Virus record (IMG/VR): IMGVR_UViG_2834277561_000001
Span: 122,688-186,687 of that record
Reading direction: 5' to 3' (one strand)
Source of the DNA: a virus
Lineage: Duplodnaviria; Heunggongvirae; Uroviricota; Caudoviricetes
DNA: 64,000 nt
This document shows, piece by piece, positions 37,677 to 47,073 of this stretch. A model generated the notes under the pieces. It saw only the letters and a list, made by a program, of their open reading frames with translations, ran no database searches and had not been told where the DNA came from. Positions within the stretch are counted from its first letter, which is position 1, and every line of letters begins with the position of its first letter. The position numbers and the translations under genes are program-made.

Positions 37677-38454
37677 CTTTTTAGAAGAAAAAATAAGAGA
37701 TAAAAATTCTGTTGCTATTTTATTTAGCGGGGGATTAGATAGTTTGTCATTGTTATTATCTTGCCTGGATATTGGTATAAAACCCGTTTTATATACATTT
37801 TTTTTGGAATCATATGAATCTAGTGATATTAAAAGTTCTAGGAATATAGCGAAAATTTTTGGATTAAAGCTTATTGAAATTCCTATTAAACAAGATTTAA
37901 AGACATTAATTAATGATGTTGAGTATATTGTAACTAATTTTAACACTTATAAAAAATCAGCTGTTCAATGTGTTCATCCTTTTCTATACGCAGAAAAACT
38001 TATAAAAGAAAAATATGTTTTAAGTGGTTTATGTGCAGATGATTTATATGGAACATCTAAACATATGAGTATACTCTCAAAAAATTACGAGGAATTCCAA
38101 AGAAAAAGACTAGATATTATCTCTGATGAAACATCCTCTGGATATAGATATATTAAATCAATCTTTCACAACAAAATATTTATCGCACCTTACAAGGAAT
38201 GTCGAAAATTAATTGATTATTTTATGTCCTTAGATTATAAATCAATGAATTCTCCGAAGCAAAAATATGTTACGTATAGTGCATATCGCAACGTAATAGA
38301 TAGATATAAATTATATCGCAGAAATGAAAACTTGCAATGTGCTTCAAAAATACGGGAATACCATGATAGTTTGTTAAAAACAGATTTAAATACCAACAAT
38401 TACAAAATAGTAACTCCTATATATAGGAATTTGTATTTAGAATATCATAATTAA
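37657..38454 (+). CDS. PP-loop ATP pyrophosphatase, asparagine-synthetase C-domain-like amidoligase
   Basis: PP-loop ILFSGGLDSLSLLL and GLCADDLYG (AsnB GADELFGGY-like); no glutaminase domain; overlaps the MTase gene end by 20 nt. Confidence 0.65.
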   Translation: MRKIIDDFLEEKIRDKNSVAILFSGGLDSLSLLLSCLDIGIKPVLYTFFLESYESSDIKSSRNIAKIFGLKLIEIPIKQDLKTLINDVEYIVTNFNTYKKSAVQCVHPFLYAEKLIKEKYVLSGLCADDLYGTSKHMSILSKNYEEFQRKRLDIISDETSSGYRYIKSIFHNKIFIAPYKECRKLIDYFMSLDYKSMNSPKQKYVTYSAYRNVIDRYKLYRRNENLQCASKIREYHDSLLKTDLNTNNYKIVTPIYRNLYLEYHN

Positions 38455-38481
38455 ATTTGTAATAAATAGGGGGATGATTCT

Positions 38482-38619
38482 ATGACAGCAAAAGAAAAAT
38501 TAATAGACTATGGATATGAAGATGTAAAGTTGCTTTCTTATTACACTTTTGATGATGCTTTAATTGGTGTAATACATGATAATCGCGCAGTTTACGATTA
38601 CAACAAAATGATTGAATGA
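38482..38619 (+). CDS. small hypothetical protein
   Basis: 45-aa ORF with TAGGGGGATG ribosome-binding site. Confidence 0.35.
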   Translation: MTAKEKLIDYGYEDVKLLSYYTFDDALIGVIHDNRAVYDYNKMIE

Positions 38620-38654
38620 CTAATTAATTATGATCATTGTAATGAAGATGATAA

Positions 38655-39014
38655 ATGTTTAATATAGGAGATAAAGTGTTTCACATTGGGAATGATTATA
38701 TTCCTATAGATTATGTAGAAATTTTAGCAAAACCAGATAAAGAGAAACTGTATTACAAAATTCGTAGCTTTGATTTTGGTGGGACTTATGGGGGATTTCC
38801 GGATGATCTATTTTACGATAGAGAACTGGCTTCAAAAAAATTAAAAGAAAGAGAATTGCATAGACAGAAAGAAATTACTAAAAATATAAAGTCAGTTGGT
38901 GATTTATTGCAAATGATGTATGAATGTATGTTTTGCGAAGAATACACGGACTACGATAAGATTATGGTTGCGAGGCAAAAAGCCAAGGAATTATGTAATA
39001 TTGAATTAAAATAA
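38655..39014 (+). CDS. hypothetical protein
   Basis: ORF of 119 aa; an alternative GTG start at 38682 has an AGGAG ribosome-binding site. Confidence 0.5.
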   Translation: MFNIGDKVFHIGNDYIPIDYVEILAKPDKEKLYYKIRSFDFGGTYGGFPDDLFYDRELASKKLKERELHRQKEITKNIKSVGDLLQMMYECMFCEEYTDYDKIMVARQKAKELCNIELK

Positions 39015-39046
39015 TACAATGAAACATCGCTTTTATAGGAGAAAAT

Positions 39047-39322
39047 ATGATTAAAAAGTGTATAAGAAAAGAGCATCTTGATTGCATTCAATTCACAAAA
39101 GATAACCAGGATGAAGTTTTAAAGATATTGGAACCAAACCTTGATGGCGAACATGTTTTTATTAAGGAAGAAACTGATAAATATTGTTTAATTGAACATT
39201 TGGGTTGGTGTAAAGCGTACTACTATTACAATCATTGGTATGTGCTGGGGGAAGATAGAGATTATTTATGGAATCAATATAGTCCAGAAGATTTCCAAGA
39301 AATGTTTAAATTAGTAGAATGA
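39047..39322 (+). CDS. hypothetical protein
   Basis: ORF of 91 aa with GGAG ribosome-binding site. Confidence 0.5.
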   Translation: MIKKCIRKEHLDCIQFTKDNQDEVLKILEPNLDGEHVFIKEETDKYCLIEHLGWCKAYYYYNHWYVLGEDRDYLWNQYSPEDFQEMFKLVE

Positions 39323-39390
39323 TGAAAGAAATATTTCAAAAGGTGATGGTAATGAATAAAAAAGAGAAATGATTTAAGCCAGGTGATATA

Positions 39391-40110
39391 GTGTATTGGT
39401 GTCACAGTGATGGTGGTGGTAAATATTCTGTAAAATATGGAATAATAGAAGAACAATATAATCCAACAGAAGTATTTATACAGTTCTTAGCTCCTAGAGA
39501 AAGACGATTGGTTAATGGAATATCAATTAATAAGTTTGAGAGTGACGGAAAATATAAGAAACTACCAAACGGGTGGACATATAATACAGACCTGTATGAA
39601 TTAACATGGGAACCATTAACAGAAGAAGAAAAGAATTTCAAATTGGATATTAAAGATCCGGCGACTATTAAGGAAGCATTCAACAGAGGATTTATTGTAA
39701 AAGACGAAGAAATTTACCATGGTACTATTGTGACTGATGTGACGAAAGATGGATATAAAGTAGTAAAGAGATATCCATCGTGGATGCATCATATTTGTAA
39801 CGCATCGATTGAGTCTTGGGATCTATATTATACTTATGAAGAAGCTCAGAAGATTGTTAATTGCAATTTACAGGAGTTGTATCGTCAAGCTGCGTTATCT
39901 GATTATGAGTGGTCTGTAGAACAGATAGATAAGACTCTTAGATGGTGGCAGTATATCACAAATCAATCTGACTTGGAAGTCCAGGCGTACAGAGATTGGT
40001 TGCTACGAAGAGACAATATTGAAGACATCGAAACAAGAACTTTTGGCGGACAGGTTCAGTGGAAGTATTGGAAGAATCAAAGATGGAATAATATCGAATT
40101 AACTTCTTGA
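39391..40110 (+). CDS. hypothetical protein
   Basis: ORF of 239 aa with GTG start preceded by AGGTGA. Confidence 0.5.
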   Translation: MYWCHSDGGGKYSVKYGIIEEQYNPTEVFIQFLAPRERRLVNGISINKFESDGKYKKLPNGWTYNTDLYELTWEPLTEEEKNFKLDIKDPATIKEAFNRGFIVKDEEIYHGTIVTDVTKDGYKVVKRYPSWMHHICNASIESWDLYYTYEEAQKIVNCNLQELYRQAALSDYEWSVEQIDKTLRWWQYITNQSDLEVQAYRDWLLRRDNIEDIETRTFGGQVQWKYWKNQRWNNIELTS

Positions 40111-40161
40111 CCAATTCGGTCACAATTTCAAAAATACAATTAAATAGAGGAGTATTAATAT

Positions 40162-41007
40162 ATGCCAGCACATGATGATTTAGGGCTTCGAATGAAGACA
40201 TTTTATGAACAGATTCCAAAAACGAGGCTAATGAGAAGGTGTCCAGTTGCCATCAGGATTGATGGGAAAGCTTTTCATACGTTTACGAGAGGATTCCAAA
40301 AACCATTTGATGAGGTATTAATCAAATCAATGCAGCAAACAATGAAATACCTATGTGAAAATATTCAGGGATGTGTACTTGGATATACGCAATCAAATGA
40401 GATTACATTGATTCTTGTGGACTATAAGAAGCTCACATCTTCTGCATGGTTTGACTATGAAGTGCAGAAAATGTGTAGTATTGCTGCGAGTATGACAACT
40501 ATGGCATTTAATAGGGCTTTTGCTAAGAATGTAGGAGATTATTGTACATATAATTACGAATGTATGGATAATACTCATGAAAACTATGAACATATTTTAT
40601 CTTTAGCAGTTGATAAGGGTGCAATGTTCGATGCCCGTTGTTTTAATATTCCAAAAGAAGAAGTAACAAATCTCGTATATTGGAGACAACTTGACGCATC
40701 TCGTAATTCGATTCAGATGTTGGGACAGGCTAATTTTTCTCATAGTGAACTTCAGAATAAGTCATGTAATGATATTCAGGATATGCTAATGATGCAAAAG
40801 GGAATAAATTGGAATGATTTGCCAGTATATCAGAAGAGAGGAAGTTGTTGTGTAAGAAATAAGATAGTTGTTAAGTCCAATGGTATTATGGAAACAATAC
40901 AATTAAGAGACACTTCTAAATCTGAAAATGAGTGGATTGTTGATAAAAATATTCCGATTTTTAGAGGTGAAGACAGGAACTATATTGACAAGTTAATTTA
41001 TGTTTAA
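40162..41007 (+). CDS. tRNA(His) guanylyltransferase-like protein (Thg1/TLP family 3'-5' nucleotidyltransferase)
   Basis: VAIRIDGKAFHTFT..KPFD...GYTQSNEITLIL matches the Thg1 core VVRLDGRNFHRF..KPND...AYGQSDEYSFV. Confidence 0.7.
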   Translation: MPAHDDLGLRMKTFYEQIPKTRLMRRCPVAIRIDGKAFHTFTRGFQKPFDEVLIKSMQQTMKYLCENIQGCVLGYTQSNEITLILVDYKKLTSSAWFDYEVQKMCSIAASMTTMAFNRAFAKNVGDYCTYNYECMDNTHENYEHILSLAVDKGAMFDARCFNIPKEEVTNLVYWRQLDASRNSIQMLGQANFSHSELQNKSCNDIQDMLMMQKGINWNDLPVYQKRGSCCVRNKIVVKSNGIMETIQLRDTSKSENEWIVDKNIPIFRGEDRNYIDKLIYV

Positions 41008-41022
41008 AGGAGTATTAATATT

Positions 41023-41580
41023 ATGAAGAAAAAGAAGAATACATGGAAAGTAGTTTTAATTGTATTCGTAAGTGTTTTAGCCATGCTTCTTATGGGAGTA
41101 TTTGGAGTCCAGGGATTCCAGAATAAAGCGATTTCATATGAAGAACAGGTAAACACGGCAGAATCAGATATTAAAGTTCAAGAAAAGAGAAGAGTAGATT
41201 TAGTATACAATCTTGCTGATTGTGTAAAGCAATATGACAAACATGAATCTGAAACACTGAAAGCAATTGTTGATGGACGAGGTGGATCAAGTGGGGATGT
41301 AGAAAATGTAACTACTGCTATCTCCGCAGTAAGTGAAGCATATCCAGAGCTGAAATCTGACCAGAATTACAAAGAATTAATGAATGAACTGTCTATGACC
41401 GAAAATCTAATTGCTGAATACAGAAGCAATTACAATAAGCAGGTTAAATCATACAGAAGATATGTACGAGCATTTCCACAGAGATTTTTCTTAAATATGC
41501 TCGGATATGAAATTCAAGATTTCAAGTTACTTGATTATGGAGCAACTGAGAATGCACCACAGAACTTATTTGGAGAATAA
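41023..41580 (+). CDS. LemA-family membrane protein
   Basis: N-terminal transmembrane helix followed by LemA-like QVNTAESDIKVQEKRRVDLVYNLADCVK...YRSNYNKQVKSYRRYVRAFPQRFF. Confidence 0.6.
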   Translation: MKKKKNTWKVVLIVFVSVLAMLLMGVFGVQGFQNKAISYEEQVNTAESDIKVQEKRRVDLVYNLADCVKQYDKHESETLKAIVDGRGGSSGDVENVTTAISAVSEAYPELKSDQNYKELMNELSMTENLIAEYRSNYNKQVKSYRRYVRAFPQRFFLNMLGYEIQDFKLLDYGATENAPQNLFGE

Positions 41581-41582
41581 AT

Positions 41583-42326
41583 ATGAGAAGTGGATGGGAT
41601 TTAGGCGACTTTGAAATAACAAGGCGCGAAGTTCTTGCCAGCGTGTCAATCATTGCAATCATGCTTTTGATTGGCTCGTTGCTATCCGCCAAGATATCAA
41701 ATTGGCAGATGGACAGAAATGAGAAATATAACAAAGCAGTTAAAATCGAAAACAATACCGACTTGTTTCAATATGGAATGGATACAAATGTAGGAAATGC
41801 TTTTGTGTATGGGAAATTAAAAGCTATAGATACAGTTACGTATCCAGAAATCGGCGGAGAATATATGTATGTGAAAAAAGTAAAAGAAAAGTATACCAAA
41901 CATACGCGCCGAGTTGCACATAGAAGTGGAGGTTATACATATTATACGACAGAAACATATTGGACATGGGATTACGCGGGATCGGAAGATATAGAAGGGA
42001 AAGAAATTTCATTTTGTGGAATTAAATTCCCAATCAAGAAGATCGATTATCCTATTCCTGATTATATTGAAACAATAAAAGAGTCTTATTATGTTAGATA
42101 CAAATATTACGGTACTGCTACGGAATATACAGGAACAGTTTTTACGGCATTGAAAGATAAAACTATCGAAGATGGCAGCTCATTTTATGAAGATTCTAAA
42201 ATTCCAGAAGTAATTGATAGGTTGGAGTCTGGAATATGGAATGTTGTTTTCTGGATCTTTTGGATTTTGTTGACAGGATTCGCTGTTTTTGGATTTTACT
42301 ATTTAGACAATGAATGGTTGGAGTGA
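41583..42326 (+). CDS. membrane protein, partner of LemA
   Basis: N- and C-terminal transmembrane helices. Confidence 0.5.
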   Translation: MRSGWDLGDFEITRREVLASVSIIAIMLLIGSLLSAKISNWQMDRNEKYNKAVKIENNTDLFQYGMDTNVGNAFVYGKLKAIDTVTYPEIGGEYMYVKKVKEKYTKHTRRVAHRSGGYTYYTTETYWTWDYAGSEDIEGKEISFCGIKFPIKKIDYPIPDYIETIKESYYVRYKYYGTATEYTGTVFTALKDKTIEDGSSFYEDSKIPEVIDRLESGIWNVVFWIFWILLTGFAVFGFYYLDNEWLE

Positions 42327-42331
42327 ATAAT

Positions 42332-42808
42332 ATGAAAATGTGTGTTACAGGACATCGCCCAAATAAATTATATGGATATGATTTGACAGATGATAGATGG
42401 ATTGCTCTCAAAGAAGATTTTAAGCAAATTCTGATAGAAAATAAATGTGATGAAGCAATTACTGGAATGGCACTAGGCGTTGATACTATTTTTGCATATG
42501 CGGTTTTAGAGCTGAAAGAAGATGGGCATGATATTAAGCTGCACTGCGCAGTTCCATGTAGGAATTTTTCTGGTAAGTGGAATATCTATGACAGGGTAAA
42601 ATATCGTAATATTATTTCTTTAGCTGATACTGTAAAGTTGGTATCTGATGAAGAATATAAACCATACCTAATGCAAAAGAGAAATGAATATATGGTTGAC
42701 CATTCAGATAAAGTCATTGCTGTTTGGGATGGCAGCAAAAGTGGCACGAAAAATTGTATTGACTATGCAAAGAAAGTTGGAAAAGACATTATATTTGTTC
42801 AGCCATAA
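42332..42808 (+). CDS. DUF1273/YoqJ-like (SLOG superfamily) protein
   Basis: MKMCVTGHRP...GMALGVD...AVWDGSKSGTK. Confidence 0.5.
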   Translation: MKMCVTGHRPNKLYGYDLTDDRWIALKEDFKQILIENKCDEAITGMALGVDTIFAYAVLELKEDGHDIKLHCAVPCRNFSGKWNIYDRVKYRNIISLADTVKLVSDEEYKPYLMQKRNEYMVDHSDKVIAVWDGSKSGTKNCIDYAKKVGKDIIFVQP

Positions 42809-43092
42809 AATTTTTTGTCTAAAAAATCCCTTCTTAGATGATTGGAAATTATGTCAAATTTCCTATTGTAAAATATTGCATTGACAAGTTCTTATCCTAT
42901 TCTATTCAAAGTCGAAATCGGTGTAATTTCTAATAAATATATAAGCAAAAAATTGAAAAATGAACAAAGTCTAAGAAACGATGAAACTGGTCTTTCATCG
43001 GCATTTTTAAACTATATGTTGTATTTTGTTTCCTTTTATATAGCATATATTGTGTGTTTTATATGAACAACTGAGAGGATTGAATAAGTATT

Positions 43093-43803
43093 ATGATACA
43101 TAAAAAAATAGTGAATACATATGCCGCTATAGCCTCAGTGTTCCCGGCAGAACTTGAAAAAGACTTATCTGATAATGAAAGAATATGTCCTACTTGTCAT
43201 GGACTCGGAATGGTGGTCGAAGATAATATTTTTGAGCTAAAAGATGACAATTCAGAATTTGGCAAAAAATATAGATTTCCATACAAAAAACAAGCTCTTT
43301 CATTTTGTCCAGATTGTGTTAATGGCGTTCAAACACTTTGTCCATATTGTAAAAAACCATATCTAAAATATGAGACATATTGTGATTGCCCTGGGGCAAA
43401 AAAAGAGAAAGAGAGAATTGAAAAAGAGAAATATAACAAATTAATTTCAAATGCAAAAGAAGTAAATGTAGATTGCGTAGAAAATATGCTTTATTGCGAA
43501 GAAGATGATGTGTTTTATGAAGATATTCATGATTTTTTTGATCGTTGGTATGATGACATACCCCGACCTGAAAGATTATGGGTAACATCGAAAGTAGAAT
43601 TGTCCATTGATGCAACAAATGTAATAGAAGATGCATGTTCAGAATTGCATGAAGATGCGGTAGATTGTTGCGATTATAAAGAATTGCAAGGAATATTAGA
43701 CAAATGGTGTAGTGAGCAAAAAGGAACAACCACGTATTATCCGAATTATAAAGAATATGTGACTATTGACTGGGATAAATATAAGGGATGCATTTATATG
43801 TAA
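43093..43803 (+). CDS. hypothetical Cys-rich protein
   Basis: CPTCHGLG, CPDC and CPYC clusters. Confidence 0.5.
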   Translation: MIHKKIVNTYAAIASVFPAELEKDLSDNERICPTCHGLGMVVEDNIFELKDDNSEFGKKYRFPYKKQALSFCPDCVNGVQTLCPYCKKPYLKYETYCDCPGAKKEKERIEKEKYNKLISNAKEVNVDCVENMLYCEEDDVFYEDIHDFFDRWYDDIPRPERLWVTSKVELSIDATNVIEDACSELHEDAVDCCDYKELQGILDKWCSEQKGTTTYYPNYKEYVTIDWDKYKGCIYM

Positions 43804-43978
43804 ATATTGTGATTATGACTCAATTGAGTGTTGTATTTTCGTAGACTCATTAGACGGAAAATATTATTTAGACATCGAAACATGTGAGTGGGATGCCTAT
43901 GATGATGGATTTGTGCATCAGAAAGAATATATAGATTACTGTCCTTGGTGTGGACGAAAACTAAAAGGAGATAAGTAA
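43766..43978 (+). CDS. hypothetical zinc-ribbon protein
   Basis: ORF of 70 aa with TTG start; CKYC...CPWCG. Confidence 0.4.
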   Translation: MTGINIRDAFICKYCDYDSIECCIFVDSLDGKYYLDIETCEWDAYDDGFVHQKEYIDYCPWCGRKLKGDK

Positions 43979-43980
43979 AC

Positions 43981-44340
43981 ATGGAAAATTTTGAAGAGAA
44001 ACTTTTGGACATGTTGCAAAAGAAAATTCTTTCGGATATTTCAAAACAGGAATTAATCAGTGTGAAATATGATGATAGAATTCCGGTTCCGGAGAATTTA
44101 CTTACAGAAGTATATATGAGTTTAGATATCGATGTTATTAAAAAGAAATTAAAAGAACGATTAGAAGATGAAATGGCAGATAAGATTGCTAATAAAATGA
44201 TTACGGAGTATTCCAATGATATTAAACAAATTATGTGCAACAGAGAACTACGGGAAGAACTTCGCAGTTATATGCGTGGCAAAATTCGTAAAATTGCAGA
44301 TGATGTATGTATTCCGGAAGGAGAAAATCATGATTATTAA
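43981..44340 (+). CDS. hypothetical protein
   Basis: ORF of 119 aa. Confidence 0.5.
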   Translation: MENFEEKLLDMLQKKILSDISKQELISVKYDDRIPVPENLLTEVYMSLDIDVIKKKLKERLEDEMADKIANKMITEYSNDIKQIMCNRELREELRSYMRGKIRKIADDVCIPEGENHDY

Positions 44341-44677
44341 TTTAGACGATAGTTGGAAATGGAAATATTTTCAGCACCCATATTATCGACTTAAAGAAAA
44401 TGTTTCGAATTTCTATTATAAACATCATAAAAAAATTTACAGATGCAGAATATGCGGATTAAAAGAAGCTCCATTCTTATGGGATTCATATAACAGTCTT
44501 CCGAATGAATTTGGATGGCATCAGTTCAAAGATGGAACTTGGGCTTGCCATCATTGTATTGATCATCATGGTGATAGATCAACTGAGGAATGGAACGAGG
44601 TGGTTAAAATGCATAACAGAATACTATATCAGAATTTACGAAAGATGGGATACATAAATGAAAGTGTTAAAAAATAA
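44330..44677 (+). CDS. hypothetical Cys/His-rich protein
   Basis: AAGGAGAAAATC ribosome-binding site followed by ATG. Confidence 0.5.
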   Translation: MIINLDDSWKWKYFQHPYYRLKENVSNFYYKHHKKIYRCRICGLKEAPFLWDSYNSLPNEFGWHQFKDGTWACHHCIDHHGDRSTEEWNEVVKMHNRILYQNLRKMGYINESVKK

Positions 44678-45131
44678 TTATCCTGAAACACTAGAAAAAC
44701 AAGCTTTAGAGAATATAGAAGTAGAATGTGAAAATTGCGGATCTATTTTGAGTGTCAACAATAAAGACACTCATATCGGATGGCTAGGAATGAAATACGT
44801 GACATGTCCTTGTTGTAATAAAGATACCTCTGTAGAAGAATTTGAGGGAATCACAGTCACTGCGAAAAACGTAAATTTTCCAACACATTTTCATTATACG
44901 GACAAAGAACAAAGATGGGTTGTTCATGTAGAAGACGAGAATATCAATAAAAACATCAAAAAAGGCATTGAATATTTCAGATTAAATAAAGATGAATATT
45001 ATTGGTTTACTGAATCTGGAGATACTATCGTAATTATGTTCCGTTATGAGGATGATTCTATGTATTCCGTTTATGTATCACGTAGTTTTTACGAGGGAGA
45101 TATCGAATTTGAAGGAGAAGATTATAAATGA
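44658..45131 (+). CDS. hypothetical protein
   Basis: ORF of 157 aa. Confidence 0.5.
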   Translation: MKVLKNNYPETLEKQALENIEVECENCGSILSVNNKDTHIGWLGMKYVTCPCCNKDTSVEEFEGITVTAKNVNFPTHFHYTDKEQRWVVHVEDENINKNIKKGIEYFRLNKDEYYWFTESGDTIVIMFRYEDDSMYSVYVSRSFYEGDIEFEGEDYK

Positions 45132-45442
45132 CAGATTTTGAAACATGGATGCTGGATGATGGATATGACAGAATATTTCATTATTTAAGATATCGGCTGC
45201 CAGGGCAATTTACTCCTGAAGAAATGGACAGAAAGTATTCAGATCAGCCACTAGAATATTTAGATATCCATTATGAATTTATGAAAATTGAAACTGCGAT
45301 TGAATTGCCGGATGGAGATATTCTTCTGGAATATCATCCCTGTTATAAAGGTGAAAATGAGTGGGATATTTCTGAAAAATTGGAATATATCAAATTGAGT
45401 CAGATTAAATTGTCTTATTATCCAGACGAACAGATTTTATGA
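45128..45442 (+). CDS. hypothetical protein
   Basis: ORF of 104 aa. Confidence 0.5.
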   Translation: MTDFETWMLDDGYDRIFHYLRYRLPGQFTPEEMDRKYSDQPLEYLDIHYEFMKIETAIELPDGDILLEYHPCYKGENEWDISEKLEYIKLSQIKLSYYPDEQIL

Positions 45443-45517
45443 GACTGACGAAAGTAACATTTCAACCATATATGGCGTCAAATCTATATATGGTATTACA
45501 AGTAGATACATAATGAG

Positions 45518-46642
45518 GTGATTATAATTAAGATTTATAAAGAAAAACAATTTCTAATATTTGATTTCGAAAACGGAAAAACATGTAGATACGATTTTGC
45601 GACAAAAACAAGCATTGGTATAAAAGGAAAACCTGTCAAAAATTTGCAGCATCAATTGCAAGGGTATAATTTGGATCAATTGTGGGATTGCTTTGAGGAC
45701 AAGAATTATGCTAGATTTTTACGATATATTCAGAGAGCAAATTCACGATATGGTATGAGAAATATTGGAACTATTTTGGATAATGTACCATATTATAAAA
45801 ATCTTGAACAGATATTTTCGGCTGGCATAGAAAATCTTATATATCTCTCTAATCATGATACTGATTTTACTATAAATGACATTCCTAAATCATTGATCAA
45901 AATCGCTAAAGAACATAATATTACAATTTCAGAAAGATTAATTTCGTATTATAAAATAAATCCTAATGCCCATCTAATCGCATACAATCTGGATTATATG
46001 ACCTTAAACGACGATGATATCTATCATACAATGATGGGAACTGCAAGTTATGGACAGGATGAACCTGGATATTTCAATAGGTTGATTGCATCATATGGAT
46101 ATAATGGAAAAGCTCTTTGGATGTATTTGGATCGTTTAAAAACATTGGAAGCTCTTACGGATTTTGATTACATTATAAGAGAAATTTATGATTATGCTCG
46201 TATGATGAGTACTATAAGTGATAAATATGATAAATATCCTCGCAATTTTTTAACTACACATAAAATTGCATGCCGCAATTACAATCGATTAAAGAAAGAA
46301 TTTGAGGAAGATATTTTTAAAAAGAGAATTAATAAAATGTATGAAGTTGCATATAAGGATTATATTTTCATATGCCCAAAATGCACACAGGATATCAAAG
46401 ACGAGGCAGTAATGCAGAACAATTGTGTTGCTTCTTATATTGATAAGGTGATTAATGGAGAATGTCAGATTTTATTTCTCAGAAAGAAATCTAACCCAAA
46501 ACAGAGTCTTATAACAATCGAAGTTAGAGATAACAGAATCGTTCAGGCACTCAGAAGATTTAATAATCCAGTAACAGACGAAGATCAAGAAGCAATCAAT
46601 TATTTCAATAGAAAATTTGAAAAGGAGAAAATGGCAGCATGA
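45518..46642 (+). CDS. hypothetical protein, possibly PcfJ-like
   Basis: ORF of 374 aa with a C-terminal Cys cluster (CPKC..NNCVASY). Confidence 0.5.
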   Translation: MIIIKIYKEKQFLIFDFENGKTCRYDFATKTSIGIKGKPVKNLQHQLQGYNLDQLWDCFEDKNYARFLRYIQRANSRYGMRNIGTILDNVPYYKNLEQIFSAGIENLIYLSNHDTDFTINDIPKSLIKIAKEHNITISERLISYYKINPNAHLIAYNLDYMTLNDDDIYHTMMGTASYGQDEPGYFNRLIASYGYNGKALWMYLDRLKTLEALTDFDYIIREIYDYARMMSTISDKYDKYPRNFLTTHKIACRNYNRLKKEFEEDIFKKRINKMYEVAYKDYIFICPKCTQDIKDEAVMQNNCVASYIDKVINGECQILFLRKKSNPKQSLITIEVRDNRIVQALRRFNNPVTDEDQEAINYFNRKFEKEKMAA

Positions 46643-47073
46643 TTGAAGCAGGAACAAAATTAAGACTTATTAAACCGATTGGCGGATTAAAAAATATTGG
46701 CGAAGAATTTACTGTATCAGAAGTAAATGACGGCATAATTTATTTTTATTCTAAATCCGGAGGTGGATGTATTTCAACTGACGGATGGAATATGTATTTT
46801 AGGGAAGTTAAAGCAACAGAAAATAATTGGGCAAATTGGTATAAAGAAAAGGCTGAATTAGTTTTTGATAAACAAACAATCGAATTTTCCGTAAAAGTTA
46901 GATGTAACGACTATGGATTACAGGTTAAATATAAAGGATTGAAAGTGAAAGTTCTTGTTAAAGATCCAGATGATTTTGATTATGATGAACTTTTTTCTAA
47001 AGCATGTCAGAAATTGTTTTATAAATATTCAAAAAATAATGTTGTCTTTTTTCTTAAGGGATGTAATTCATGA
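46639..47073 (+). CDS. hypothetical protein
   Basis: ORF of 144 aa. Confidence 0.5.
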   Translation: MIEAGTKLRLIKPIGGLKNIGEEFTVSEVNDGIIYFYSKSGGGCISTDGWNMYFREVKATENNWANWYKEKAELVFDKQTIEFSVKVRCNDYGLQVKYKGLKVKVLVKDPDDFDYDELFSKACQKLFYKYSKNNVVFFLKGCNS

